DNA from: Nitrosomonas sp. PY1
GTDB taxonomy: Bacteria > Pseudomonadota > Gammaproteobacteria > Burkholderiales > Nitrosomonadaceae
DNA: 32,000 bases
NCBI RefSeq assembly: GCF_022836435.1
Contig: NZ_BQXC01000001.1
Span: 502,400 to 534,399 of the forward strand
Direction: 5' to 3'
Part shown: positions 10,380 through 19,300 of the stretch, piece after piece
Position numbering within the stretch: position 1 is the stretch's first letter
How the letters are laid out: each line of letters opens with the position of its first letter
The notes under the pieces: generated by a model
The model's database searches: none
Told to the model about the DNA's origin: nothing
What the model saw: only the letters and a program-made list of their open reading frames with translations
Program-made: the position numbers and the translations under genes

Positions 10380-11831
10380 TTGAAGATCATTATTCTAGGA
10401 GCAGGCCGAGTTGGGTCGTCGGTTGCCGAAAGTTTGGTGAATGAGGCCAATGACATCACTATGGTCGACATTGATCATGAACGGTTATCAATTTTGCAAG
10501 ATAGGCTGGATTTGCGTACTGTTGTGGGAAATGCTTCGTATCCATCCGTTTTGGTCGATGCAGGAGCTATGGATGCCGATATGATTTTAGCGGTGACAGA
10601 GCACGATGAAACGAATTTGGTGGCGTGTAAACTGGCTGCCAGTCTATTTAATACACCAACCAAAATTGCTCGCATTCGTTCAACTGAATATTTAAAGAAT
10701 CCGGAGATTTTTTCTGATGAAATTTTTTCTGTTGATTATGCTATCTCTCCTGAGCAAATACTTACTGAATATATAGAGAAATTAATCGAATTTCCAGAAG
10801 CCCTGCAGGTTCTGGACTTCGCTATGGGAAAGGTCAGTATGGTGGCTGTACGAGCATTGCAGGGTGGGGCGTTAATCGGGCAGCAATTGCAAGAGTTGCG
10901 TAAGCATATTCCAAATGTGGTAATTCGTGTCGTAGCAATTTTCCGCAAAGATCGCCCTATTATTCCTGAAGGAAGTACTACTATTCAAGAAGGTGACGAG
11001 GTCTTTTTTATTGCCGCAACTGACGATATTCGAAAAGTTTTTCGGGAATTGCGCAATATGGATAGACCTGTGAAGCATGTGATGATTGCAGGGGGAGGGA
11101 GAATCGGTAGGCGCCTCAGTCGTACGCTAGAAAATGATTATCAAATTCGCATTATTGAACATAATCCTAAAGCATGCGAGATGCTTGCATCAGAGCTCAA
11201 TAATGCTTTGGTGTTAAACGGCGATGCAACGGATGAATTGTTATTGGAAAGTGAGAATATTGCTGAAATGGACATGTTTTGTTCATTGACGAACGATGAT
11301 GAAAATAACATCATGTCTGCGTTACTGGCAAAACGTTTAGGTGCCCATAGAGTTATCGCCTTGATTACTAGGGGAACTTATGTGGATTTAATGCAGGGTA
11401 GTGGTATTGATATCGCTATTTCTCCTGCTCAAGTTACCATTGGCTCTTTACTGGCTTATGTAAGGCGTGGCGATGTTGCTGCGGTACATAGTTTAAGGCG
11501 AGGTGCGGCAGAAGCTCTGGAATTGGTGGCTCATGGCGATGAAAAATCATCAAAAGTGGTTGGTAGAAAAATTGAAGACATTAAGCTTCCTAGGGGAGCT
11601 ATGATCGGTGCTATTGTTAGGGGATTACCGAAGTACGAAGGAACGTGGCGAGAACGCCTTGTTACCGATATTGATACAGTGAGTGATGATTTGATAAGAG
11701 ATGCTCAGGTTATTATTGCACATCATGATACTGTGATTCAGTCCGATGATCACGTTATTTTGTTTGTGATCAATCGGAAAATGATTCGTGAGATTGAAAA
11801 ATTATTCCAGGTTAACGTAGCTTTTTTATAA
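10380..11831 (+). CDS. trkA: Trk potassium-uptake system NAD-binding subunit TrkA
   Basis: 483 aa with a TTG start. MKIIILGAGRVG and a second Rossmann motif VMIAGGGRIG show the duplicated TrkA-N/TrkA-C architecture. Confidence 0.9.
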   Translation: MKIIILGAGRVGSSVAESLVNEANDITMVDIDHERLSILQDRLDLRTVVGNASYPSVLVDAGAMDADMILAVTEHDETNLVACKLAASLFNTPTKIARIRSTEYLKNPEIFSDEIFSVDYAISPEQILTEYIEKLIEFPEALQVLDFAMGKVSMVAVRALQGGALIGQQLQELRKHIPNVVIRVVAIFRKDRPIIPEGSTTIQEGDEVFFIAATDDIRKVFRELRNMDRPVKHVMIAGGGRIGRRLSRTLENDYQIRIIEHNPKACEMLASELNNALVLNGDATDELLLESENIAEMDMFCSLTNDDENNIMSALLAKRLGAHRVIALITRGTYVDLMQGSGIDIAISPAQVTIGSLLAYVRRGDVAAVHSLRRGAAEALELVAHGDEKSSKVVGRKIEDIKLPRGAMIGAIVRGLPKYEGTWRERLVTDIDTVSDDLIRDAQVIIAHHDTVIQSDDHVILFVINRKMIREIEKLFQVNVAFL

Positions 11832-11843
11832 TAAATACGCAAC

Positions 11844-13304
11844 ATGAATCGTCTTTATCGCGTTGTTAATGTTTTAGGTAAGATGGTTCTGGTTTTTGGA
11901 TTTGCAATGTTGGTTCCGTTGTTTTGGTCTATATGGATGGATGACGGTGCCCAGACCCTATTTGGCAAATCGGTACTGATCACTGTTGGCGGCGGGCTTC
12001 TATTGTGGTTGAGTACCTCTAATTATAAACGCGAAGAACTACAAACCAGAGATGGCTTTCTTCTGGTGGTCTTGGTTTGGTCAGTATTACCCGCATTTGC
12101 AATGATTCCGTTTATTTTATTATTACCAAACCTAAGTATTAGCAAAGCTTATTATGAAGCGGTTTCTGGATTGACGGCAACAGGAGGAACGGTATTATCT
12201 GGATTGGATGCGCTACCGACCTCAATCAACTTATGGCGCGGCGAAATAGTGTGGTTGGGCGGTATGGGTTTAATCGTATTGGCAGTGGCAATACTGCCAT
12301 TATTAGGCGTTGGTGGTAGGCAGTTGTTGAATGCTGAAATTCCCGGACCTATGAAAGAAAATAAACTAACACCGCGCATTGCTGAAACGGCAAAGGGTTT
12401 GTGGGCAATTTATACTAGCCTAACGTTAATTTGTATGATTGCTTATTATTGGGCCGGTATGAATGGCTTTGATGCGATTATGCATGCTTTTACAACAATG
12501 GGTTTGGGGGGGTTTTCTTCGCATGATGCTAGTTTTGCATATTGGAATTCGCCTTTAATCGAAGCTATTGCAATGATCTTTATGTTGTTTGCTGGCATTA
12601 ATTTTGCAGCGCACTTTTTGGTTTTGCGTACTAAAAGTTTGAAGCCTTATCGCTATGACTCTGAAGCTTTCTTGTATATTTCTATTGTGCTACTAAGTTG
12701 CTTAGGATCTGCATTATATCTTTGGTTGTCAAATACTTATCCTGATATGTTGACGGCCTTGCGCTATGCGGCTTTCAATGTGATTTCCGTGGCTACCACC
12801 ACTGGTTATAGTAACACTGATTATAGTGCGTGGCCTATTCTGATACCTTTATGGATGTTGTTGTTATCGGGAATTGCCACTTCGTCTGGTTCTACCGGTG
12901 GCGGAATAAAAATGGTACGTGCGCGCATTTTGTATAAATTGGTTTATCGAGAAATGATTTCCATCATGCATCCTCAATCAATAACGCCTTTAAAAGTAGG
13001 TAGAAATATAGTGTCGAATCGGATTATTTTGTCGGTGCTAGTGTTTTTATTTGTTTATGCTGCTAGTTACGTGACCATGGTGCTTGTACTTACTTTTAGT
13101 GGTTTGGATTTTATGACTGCATTTTCTGCAGCGGCGGCGTGTTTAAACAATTTGGGTCCTGGGCTTGGTAGTATCGGTCCAGCTGGTAATTATGCGTCTT
13201 TAACAGATTTGCAAATTTTGATTTGTAGTTTTGCAATGCTACTAGGGAGACTGGAATTCTTTACGCTGCTCGTTATATTGACGCCGGCTTTTTGGAAGAA
13301 ATAA
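11844..13304 (+). CDS. trkH: Trk potassium-uptake system membrane subunit TrkH
   Basis: 486 aa polytopic membrane protein with TrkH-type pore-loop glycine motifs (TATGGT, TTMGLGGFS, TTTGYS, LNNLGPGLG). It lies 12 nt after trkA. Confidence 0.9.
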   Translation: MNRLYRVVNVLGKMVLVFGFAMLVPLFWSIWMDDGAQTLFGKSVLITVGGGLLLWLSTSNYKREELQTRDGFLLVVLVWSVLPAFAMIPFILLLPNLSISKAYYEAVSGLTATGGTVLSGLDALPTSINLWRGEIVWLGGMGLIVLAVAILPLLGVGGRQLLNAEIPGPMKENKLTPRIAETAKGLWAIYTSLTLICMIAYYWAGMNGFDAIMHAFTTMGLGGFSSHDASFAYWNSPLIEAIAMIFMLFAGINFAAHFLVLRTKSLKPYRYDSEAFLYISIVLLSCLGSALYLWLSNTYPDMLTALRYAAFNVISVATTTGYSNTDYSAWPILIPLWMLLLSGIATSSGSTGGGIKMVRARILYKLVYREMISIMHPQSITPLKVGRNIVSNRIILSVLVFLFVYAASYVTMVLVLTFSGLDFMTAFSAAAACLNNLGPGLGSIGPAGNYASLTDLQILICSFAMLLGRLEFFTLLVILTPAFWKK

Positions 13305-13573
13305 GAAGCAGTTAATTAGGCTTGCCAGAATGATACGCTTCAAATTATATTGACATTTGTTTTAAGTGATCAGGATATCTCAGATTTTTATCGCGCCTTG
13401 TTGTGTCCGGAATTGATTAAGATAATAGCTGGGAAAGTAATTAGAATCAGGCTGTTAATTTAGTAAAGTAATATCAATTACTTTTGTAGGGCGTATTAAT
13501 TTGCTTTTTTGTAGAGTAATCAATGTATCTGTTTCTATCATTAGGAGTTTAACTTTACAAGGAGTTTTTGTTT

Positions 13574-13969
13574 GTGAGTGAGATCAATAAAGCTTTAAAA
13601 GAGATTAAAGTGATGATTATTGATGATAGCAGTACTATTAGAAAGAGTGCAGAAATTTTCCTAAAACCTTCAGGGTGTGAAGTTATTACGGCTGAGGATG
13701 GATTCGAGGCAATGTACAAGATTGTTGATAATCAGCCTGATATTATTTTTATAGATATTGTGATGCCTCGTTTAAATGGTTATCAGGCTTGTATGTTGAT
13801 TAAAAAGAATCCTGTCTATCAATCGATTCCAGTAATTATGTTATCTAGTAAAGATGGCTTATTTGATAAGGCGAAAGGAAGGATAGCGGGTTCCAGCGAT
13901 TATTTGACCAAGCCTTTTTCGTCAGAAAATTTGATCAATATTATTCAAAAATACGTAACCACAGCATAA
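13574..13969 (+). CDS. Single-domain CheY-like response regulator, PilG-type
   Basis: Receiver domain reading KVMIIDDSSTIRKSAE...DIIFIDIVMPRLNGYQACMLIKKN...PVIMLSSKDGLFDKAKGRIAGSSDYLTKPF. It is very close to my recollection of Pseudomonas PilG. GTG 13574 is preferred over TTG 13568 because GGAG (13561-13564) is 9 nt upstream of the GTG. Confidence 0.85.
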   Translation: MSEINKALKEIKVMIIDDSSTIRKSAEIFLKPSGCEVITAEDGFEAMYKIVDNQPDIIFIDIVMPRLNGYQACMLIKKNPVYQSIPVIMLSSKDGLFDKAKGRIAGSSDYLTKPFSSENLINIIQKYVTTA

Positions 13970-14140
13970 GTAGTATTGGCGCTATGGTTTCTTCTCTTGT
14001 AACTGAAATGTTTAAAGCCACAAAAATAGTTTTTATTAAAATATGGGCTTTTCCAAAAGAATAAAAAGGAATAACATATCTAGATATCGAATATTTTTAG
14101 AAATAAGAATATTTGGTTATAGTTTTATGACAAATAGTTC

Positions 14141-14170
14141 TTGACGAGTTGGGGGTATGTCGACTAGCCT
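14141..14170 (+). promoter_or_regulatory. Candidate sigma-70 promoter of amoCAB
   Basis: TTGACG (14141-14146), an 18-nt spacer, then TAGCCT (14165-14170). This implies a leader of about 160 nt, similar to my recollection of the N. europaea amoC transcript start. It marks a sharp change from AT-rich DNA to a G-rich tract. Confidence 0.3.
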
Positions 14171-14335
14171 GGAGGGTGTAGCTGGGTTGGGGGGAAATAT
14201 ACTCTGATTTAGTTGCTAAAAATTTAAGTATAAGAGCAGTAGAAGATAGAATAATTCGTGAAGAATTAGGTAGTAAGTAATAAAAAAAGAGAGAGCAGTA
14301 TATTTAATTAACGAAGAGCGGTAAGGAGGTAGGAT

Positions 14336-15145
14336 ATGGCAACGACGTATGGCACGAGTAGTGCGAGTAAGAGTGCTGATTATGACATGTCGCTGTGGTA
14401 TGACTCAAAGTACTACAAATTAGGCATGCTGACGATGTTATTGGTAGCGATATTTTGGATATGGTATCAAAGGACATTTGCATATTCGCATGGAATGGAT
14501 TCGATGGAACCTGAGTTTGACAAGGTATGGATGGGTCTGTGGCGAGTACACATGACACTGATGCCGCTGTTTGGGTTAGTGACATGGGGTTGGATTCTGA
14601 AGACTCGTGATACGAAAGAGCAATTAGACAATTTGGACACCAAGCTGGAGATCAAACGTTATTTTTACTGGATGATGTGGTTGGGTGTTTATTTGTTTGG
14701 TGTTTACTGGGGCGGAAGTTTCTTTACGGAACAAGACGCATCTTGGCACCAAGTGATTATTCGTGACACGAGCTTTACGCCAAGTCACGTAGTGGTATTT
14801 TACGGTTCGTTCCCGATGTACATTGTATGTGGTGTAGCGTCATACTTGTATGCGATGACCCGTCTGCCGCTGTATAGCCGTGGCACATCCTTCCCGTTGG
14901 TGATGGCAATTGCTGGTCCATTGATGATTCTGCCGAACGTAGGGTTGAACGAATGGGGACATGCATTCTGGTTCATGGAAGAATTGTTTAGCGCGCCATT
15001 ACACTGGGGCTTTGTGATTCTGGGTTGGGCTGGTTTATTTTCGGGTGGAATTGCAGCACAAATCATTACCCGTTATTCAAACCTGACCGATGTAACCTGG
15101 AACAATGCTAGCAGAGAAATTCTGAATAACCGCATCGTTCCTTAA
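14336..15145 (+). CDS. amoC: Ammonia monooxygenase subunit C
   Basis: 269 aa, near-colinear with N. europaea AmoC ([88 protein letters not shown]). A strong RBS AAGGAGG lies 6 nt upstream. Confidence 0.97.
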   Translation: MATTYGTSSASKSADYDMSLWYDSKYYKLGMLTMLLVAIFWIWYQRTFAYSHGMDSMEPEFDKVWMGLWRVHMTLMPLFGLVTWGWILKTRDTKEQLDNLDTKLEIKRYFYWMMWLGVYLFGVYWGGSFFTEQDASWHQVIIRDTSFTPSHVVVFYGSFPMYIVCGVASYLYAMTRLPLYSRGTSFPLVMAIAGPLMILPNVGLNEWGHAFWFMEELFSAPLHWGFVILGWAGLFSGGIAAQIITRYSNLTDVTWNNASREILNNRIVP

Positions 15146-15202
15146 ATAAGGAGCACATCGGAGTTTTTCGTTAGGCGACGAAGGGACTTTCGGTGAAGTG
15201 GG

Positions 15203-15249
15203 TACGTTAGTCTCGTAGGCTAGGGGAAATAATCTACGAGGCTAGCGTA
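15203..15249 (+). other. Intercistronic RNA hairpin in the amoC-amoA spacer
   Basis: The left arm tacgttagtctcgtag (15203-15218) pairs with the right arm ctacgaggctagcgta (15234-15249). That gives 16 contiguous pairs, 14 Watson-Crick and 2 G-U, around a 15-nt loop. No T-tract follows. Confidence 0.6.
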
Positions 15250-15319
15250 AGAAAAGAATAAATAGGCGCGAGGAAATTGGGTCTATGAATTTAAATAAAA
15301 TGAATATAGGGAGGGTCTA

Positions 15320-16144
15320 GTGAGTAGAACAGACGAAATTATAGCGGCGGCCAAGATGCCACCGGAAGCGGTAAGGATGTCGAGATACATTGATGCGGTG
15401 TATTTTCCGATTCTGTGTATTCTGTTGGTAGGAACATTCCACATGCACTTTATGCTGTTGGCAGGTGACTGGGATTTTTGGCTTGATTGGAAAGATCGTC
15501 AATGGTGGCCGGTAGTAACCCCGATTGTGGGCGTTATGTATTGTGCGGCATTGATGTACTATTTGTGGGTAAACTACCGTCTGCCTTTTGGCGCGACACT
15601 GTGTATCGTGTGCCTGTTGGTAGGTGAATGGTTAACCCGTTACTGGGGATTTTACTGGTGGTCACACTATCCACTCAACTTTGTACTGCCATCGACCATG
15701 ATTCCTGGCGCATTGATGTTGGATACGATCATGTTGTTGACAGGTAACTGGTTGATAACCGCGTTATTAGGTGGTGGATTCTGGGGATTGTTTTTCTACC
15801 CAGGCAACTGGCCGATATTTGGCCCGACCCACTTACCAGTGGTAGTAGAAGGCGTACTGTTATCAGTTGCTGACTACACGGGTTTCTTGTATGTACGTAC
15901 TGGTACACCGGAATATGTGCGTTTAATTGAGCAAGGTTCATTGCGTACGTTTGGTGGTCACACGACGGTTATTGCTGCGTTCTTCTCGGCATTCGTATCG
16001 ATGTTGATGTTCTGCGTATGGTGGTATTTTGGTAAAGTTTACTGCACCGCTTTCTACTATGTTAAAGGTGAAAGAGGACGTATTTCTATGAAGAATGACG
16101 TAACTGCTTTTGGTGAAAAAGGCTTTGCACAGGGGATCAAATAA
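15320..16144 (+). CDS. amoA: Ammonia monooxygenase subunit A
   Basis: 274 aa with a GTG start and RBS AGGGAGGG upstream. It is near-identical in blocks to N. europaea AmoA ([75 protein letters not shown]). Confidence 0.97.
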   Translation: MSRTDEIIAAAKMPPEAVRMSRYIDAVYFPILCILLVGTFHMHFMLLAGDWDFWLDWKDRQWWPVVTPIVGVMYCAALMYYLWVNYRLPFGATLCIVCLLVGEWLTRYWGFYWWSHYPLNFVLPSTMIPGALMLDTIMLLTGNWLITALLGGGFWGLFFYPGNWPIFGPTHLPVVVEGVLLSVADYTGFLYVRTGTPEYVRLIEQGSLRTFGGHTTVIAAFFSAFVSMLMFCVWWYFGKVYCTAFYYVKGERGRISMKNDVTAFGEKGFAQGIK

Positions 16145-17406
16145 TGAATATGAAAAGCATTTTTAAACTAGGCGTGTTAGGTCTTTACGGAGCTGCGATA
16201 GGTGCGGCATCATTAGCGCTGACGTTGGGCGCTGATGTAAAAACGGCATCGGCACATGGTGAACGTTCGCAAGAGCCGTTTCTTCGGATGCGTAGTATTC
16301 AGTGGTATGACATGAAATGGCAACCGAAAGTCACGAAAGTGAACGACATTGCTACGATGACTGGTAAATTTCACTTGGCAGAAGATTGGCCACGTGCGGT
16401 AGGTAAGCCTGGACGTGCGTTTTTTAACGTGGGCAGTCCGAGTCCGGTGTTTGTACGCTTGAGCACCAAGTTAAATGGTCACCCGACCTTCATATCAGGT
16501 CCGTTAGAAATTGGACGCGACTATGAATTTGAAGTGAAACTGAAAGCACGGATACCTGGACGCCATCATATGCATGCGATGGTAAACGTGAAAGACGCGG
16601 GTCCGATTGCAGGTCCTGCATCTTGGATGAACATTTCAGGTAGCTGGGATGACTTTACCAATCCGATTACCACATTAACGGGTAAAAACATTGATCTGGA
16701 AACTTTCAATTTCAGCAATGGTGTATTCTGGCACTTGGTATGGTTGGGTCTTGGCTGCTTCTGGATTGGCTACTTTGTAGCGAAACCGATGTTCTTGCCA
16801 CGTAGTCGGGTATTGTTGGCGTATGGAGACGAATTGCTGACATCACCGACGGACAGGAAATTTGGTCTTGCGATGGCGATTCTGACCTGTGCGATTGTAT
16901 GGGGTGGATATCGTTATACAGAAACGGTTCATCCGTACACGGTACCGATTCAAGCGGGTGAATCTAAAGTAGAGCCATTACCGATTGCACCGAATCCGGT
17001 AGCGATTAAAGTTACGCATGCGAACTATGACGTACCTGGACGTGCGTTGCGCGTTACGATGGAAATTACCAACAATGGTGACTCACCGGTTAGTATTGGG
17101 GAGTTCACTACAGCGGGTGTTCGTTTTGTTAACAAACTGGGTCAAACACATTTAGATCCGGACTATCCGAGAGAATTGGTTGCGACTGGTTTATCGATGG
17201 ATGATGACAGAGCGATTCAACCTGGTGAAACACGTGAAGTTAAGATGGAAGCCAAAGATGCGTTATGGGAAGTACAACGTTTGATGGCGTTATTGGGTGA
17301 TCCTGAAAGCCGTTTTGGTGGATTGCTGATGACTTGGGATGACAGTGGTACACGTTATATTAACAGTATTGCGGGAGCCGTTATTCCAGTGTTTACCAAA
17401 CTATAA
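16144..17406 (+). CDS. amoB: Ammonia monooxygenase subunit B
   Basis: 420 aa. The signal peptide ends ...ASA with the mature N-terminus [13 protein letters not shown]. Also present are [11 protein letters not shown] and the C-terminus [13 protein letters not shown]. Its ATG shares one base with the amoA TAA (TAATG). Confidence 0.97.
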   Translation: MNMKSIFKLGVLGLYGAAIGAASLALTLGADVKTASAHGERSQEPFLRMRSIQWYDMKWQPKVTKVNDIATMTGKFHLAEDWPRAVGKPGRAFFNVGSPSPVFVRLSTKLNGHPTFISGPLEIGRDYEFEVKLKARIPGRHHMHAMVNVKDAGPIAGPASWMNISGSWDDFTNPITTLTGKNIDLETFNFSNGVFWHLVWLGLGCFWIGYFVAKPMFLPRSRVLLAYGDELLTSPTDRKFGLAMAILTCAIVWGGYRYTETVHPYTVPIQAGESKVEPLPIAPNPVAIKVTHANYDVPGRALRVTMEITNNGDSPVSIGEFTTAGVRFVNKLGQTHLDPDYPRELVATGLSMDDDRAIQPGETREVKMEAKDALWEVQRLMALLGDPESRFGGLLMTWDDSGTRYINSIAGAVIPVFTKL

Positions 17407-17436
17407 TCGAAGATAGATTGGTTTAGGTTTAAACAC

Positions 17437-17491
17437 AAAGCGCCGGTACACCGCTGTCGAAAGACAGATAGGGTACCGGCGCTTTCTATTT
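17437..17491 (+). terminator. Rho-independent terminator after amoB
   Basis: aaagcgccggtac (17437-17449) pairs perfectly with gtaccggcgcttt (17473-17485). A nested hairpin ctgtc-gaaa-gacag (17454-17467) sits inside the loop. The stem is followed by tttctattt and begins 31 nt after the amoB stop. Confidence 0.85.
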
Positions 17492-17535
17492 GCCGATTGA
17501 GTTTTCAAGTGAATATTTGATCAGGGGTTCATGAA

Positions 17536-18195
17536 TTGTTACCAGCAATTGAAATTGAAACAGGTGAATTGCCGGAATATGTAATTATATGGTTGCATGG
17601 TTTGGGTGCGGATGGTAATGATTTCCTGCCTATAGTTGATCAATTGAATCTTCCATTGAATAAATCTATACGATTTGTATTTCCTCATGCGCCAGAACGA
17701 CCGATTACTATTAATAATGGCTATGTTATGCGAGCATGGTATGACATTAAAGGCTCGAATTTTAATGCTAGTGAAGACGAATTAGGAATTCGTCGCTCCC
17801 AGAGAGCGATTGAAGCTTTGATTGAGAGAGAAATTGAGAATGGAATAGCAACTGAGCGAATAGTAGTGGCGGGATTTTCTCAAGGTGGCGTAATGGCTCT
17901 GCAAGTAGGTCTAAGATACACAAAACCACTTGCGGGAATTTTAGCGTTATCATGCTATTTATCGCTTTCCGAATCGCTTGTAGCAGAGATAAATCGGAAA
18001 AATCTCACAATTCCGATTTTTATGGCGCATGGAATTGACGACAATGTAATACCATTATCTTATGCTATAAGATCAAAAGAAATGATAAGGGCGGTAGGGT
18101 ATACGCCTGAATGGCACGATTATTCCATGATGCACAGTGTGTGCAATCAGGAGCTGCACGATATTAGTCAGTGGATACAAAAAGTATTTTCATAG
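17536..18195 (+). CDS. Carboxylesterase / phospholipase-family alpha/beta hydrolase
   Basis: 219 aa with a TTG start. It carries IIWLHGLGADGNDF, the nucleophile elbow GFSQGG, and a late HG.DD plus H consistent with a Ser-Asp-His triad. Confidence 0.85.
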   Translation: MLPAIEIETGELPEYVIIWLHGLGADGNDFLPIVDQLNLPLNKSIRFVFPHAPERPITINNGYVMRAWYDIKGSNFNASEDELGIRRSQRAIEALIEREIENGIATERIVVAGFSQGGVMALQVGLRYTKPLAGILALSCYLSLSESLVAEINRKNLTIPIFMAHGIDDNVIPLSYAIRSKEMIRAVGYTPEWHDYSMMHSVCNQELHDISQWIQKVFS

Positions 18196-18775
18196 ATAAG
18201 GAATTCGTTTGCAACAACTCGGGAAAGAGATCAAGAGATTGATAAAAATTTATCGCTACTCGTTTTATTTCTGGAAATGAGAAAGTATTGCGGTCTGATT
18301 CTAATCTGGTTGTTCAAAATAATAGAGTACCAGGTCGTGAAATTGTATTGGCACGAGCTAGGCTCACACATCTCTAGTGAAGGTAATATGCACATTTCAT
18401 GATGGTTTGCAGTCTACCAGAGGAGGTTAAAAAAACTTTTAAGAGGATTTTCGTTATGGAGGCTCTGCAAAATGGGGATAAATACCCATAGTGCTTTACC
18501 GTCAATTCGTCCAGCATATCTCATAGAGAGCTAAAACAAATAGAGAAGTCGAGATTGTTCTGTAGTGCTGTAACTGATTGCCAAGTTGCTCGATTGCGCA
18601 AAAAGTTATAGTGGACAGAGGATGACGAGTAGATACAAGAGCAAATAGAAATAATATTCTGAAAAACAATATGATACGAAAAATGGAGGATATTTTTGAG
18701 AATATTAGTGGCTAGTGTGCGACTATCAGTGGTTTCTTGTGAAATGAAATATCAACCACCTTGGTAATTTTTCTT

Positions 18776-19213
18776 ATGATTGATACTTCAAACTCGATAA
18801 TCGATAAAAAATTGATTGCTAGCTATTACCAAACACAGTATTGGGTTTCTATAGAGCGCGAGAAGGTAGTCGTTTTCATTGATCGTTATTCGGAACGGAT
18901 CAAGTCGCTACTGATTCAATTCGGGGCATCCTGTGCGGCTATTGTGACAGCTTATAATTCGTATAGCCAATTGAGTAGTGAGAATGCAAATTGCTTTGCA
19001 AATGAATTGCTAAGAAATTTTTTGGCCCAGAATCACTACCACTTCCTTGAAAGTTTGAATGTTGACCCCACTCAAACATGGCCACCGGAAAAAAGTTTTT
19101 TTGTTTTTGGTCTCGAGTTTCACGCTGCGCAAAATATTGGACGACAATTTGATCAGAATGCCATTGTATGGATGAGGCATGATGCAATCGCACGGTTAAT
19201 TTTATTGCGTTAG
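18776..19213 (+). CDS. DUF3293-like hypothetical protein
   Basis: Pattern LIASYYQTQYWV ... AIVTAYNSYSQ ... WPPEKSFFVFG ... QNAIVW resembles my recollection of the DUF3293 family. ATG 18776 is preferred to TTG 18761. No clear RBS precedes either start. Confidence 0.55.
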   Translation: MIDTSNSIIDKKLIASYYQTQYWVSIEREKVVVFIDRYSERIKSLLIQFGASCAAIVTAYNSYSQLSSENANCFANELLRNFLAQNHYHFLESLNVDPTQTWPPEKSFFVFGLEFHAAQNIGRQFDQNAIVWMRHDAIARLILLR

Positions 19214-19300
19214 CAGAAACGAGCAGAATAAAAATATTGTAGTGGTGTTAATAAACACGATAATATATTCAACTTCGATAACCTTGTTTAGGAGACAACT

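Noticed and set aside
13350-13379. TTGACA (13350-13355) with a GATATC-like -10 as the promoter for the receiver gene.
   Set aside because: The -10 match is poor (about 3 of 6) and the spacing is ambiguous. There is too little support to list it as a feature.
16142-16146. One-base overlap of the amoA stop and amoB start (TAATG), and the same TAATG junctions at tonB/aroE (59-63) and lptC/lptA (30896-30900).
   Set aside because: This is ordinary translational coupling. The amoA/amoB overlap is already known from N. europaea.
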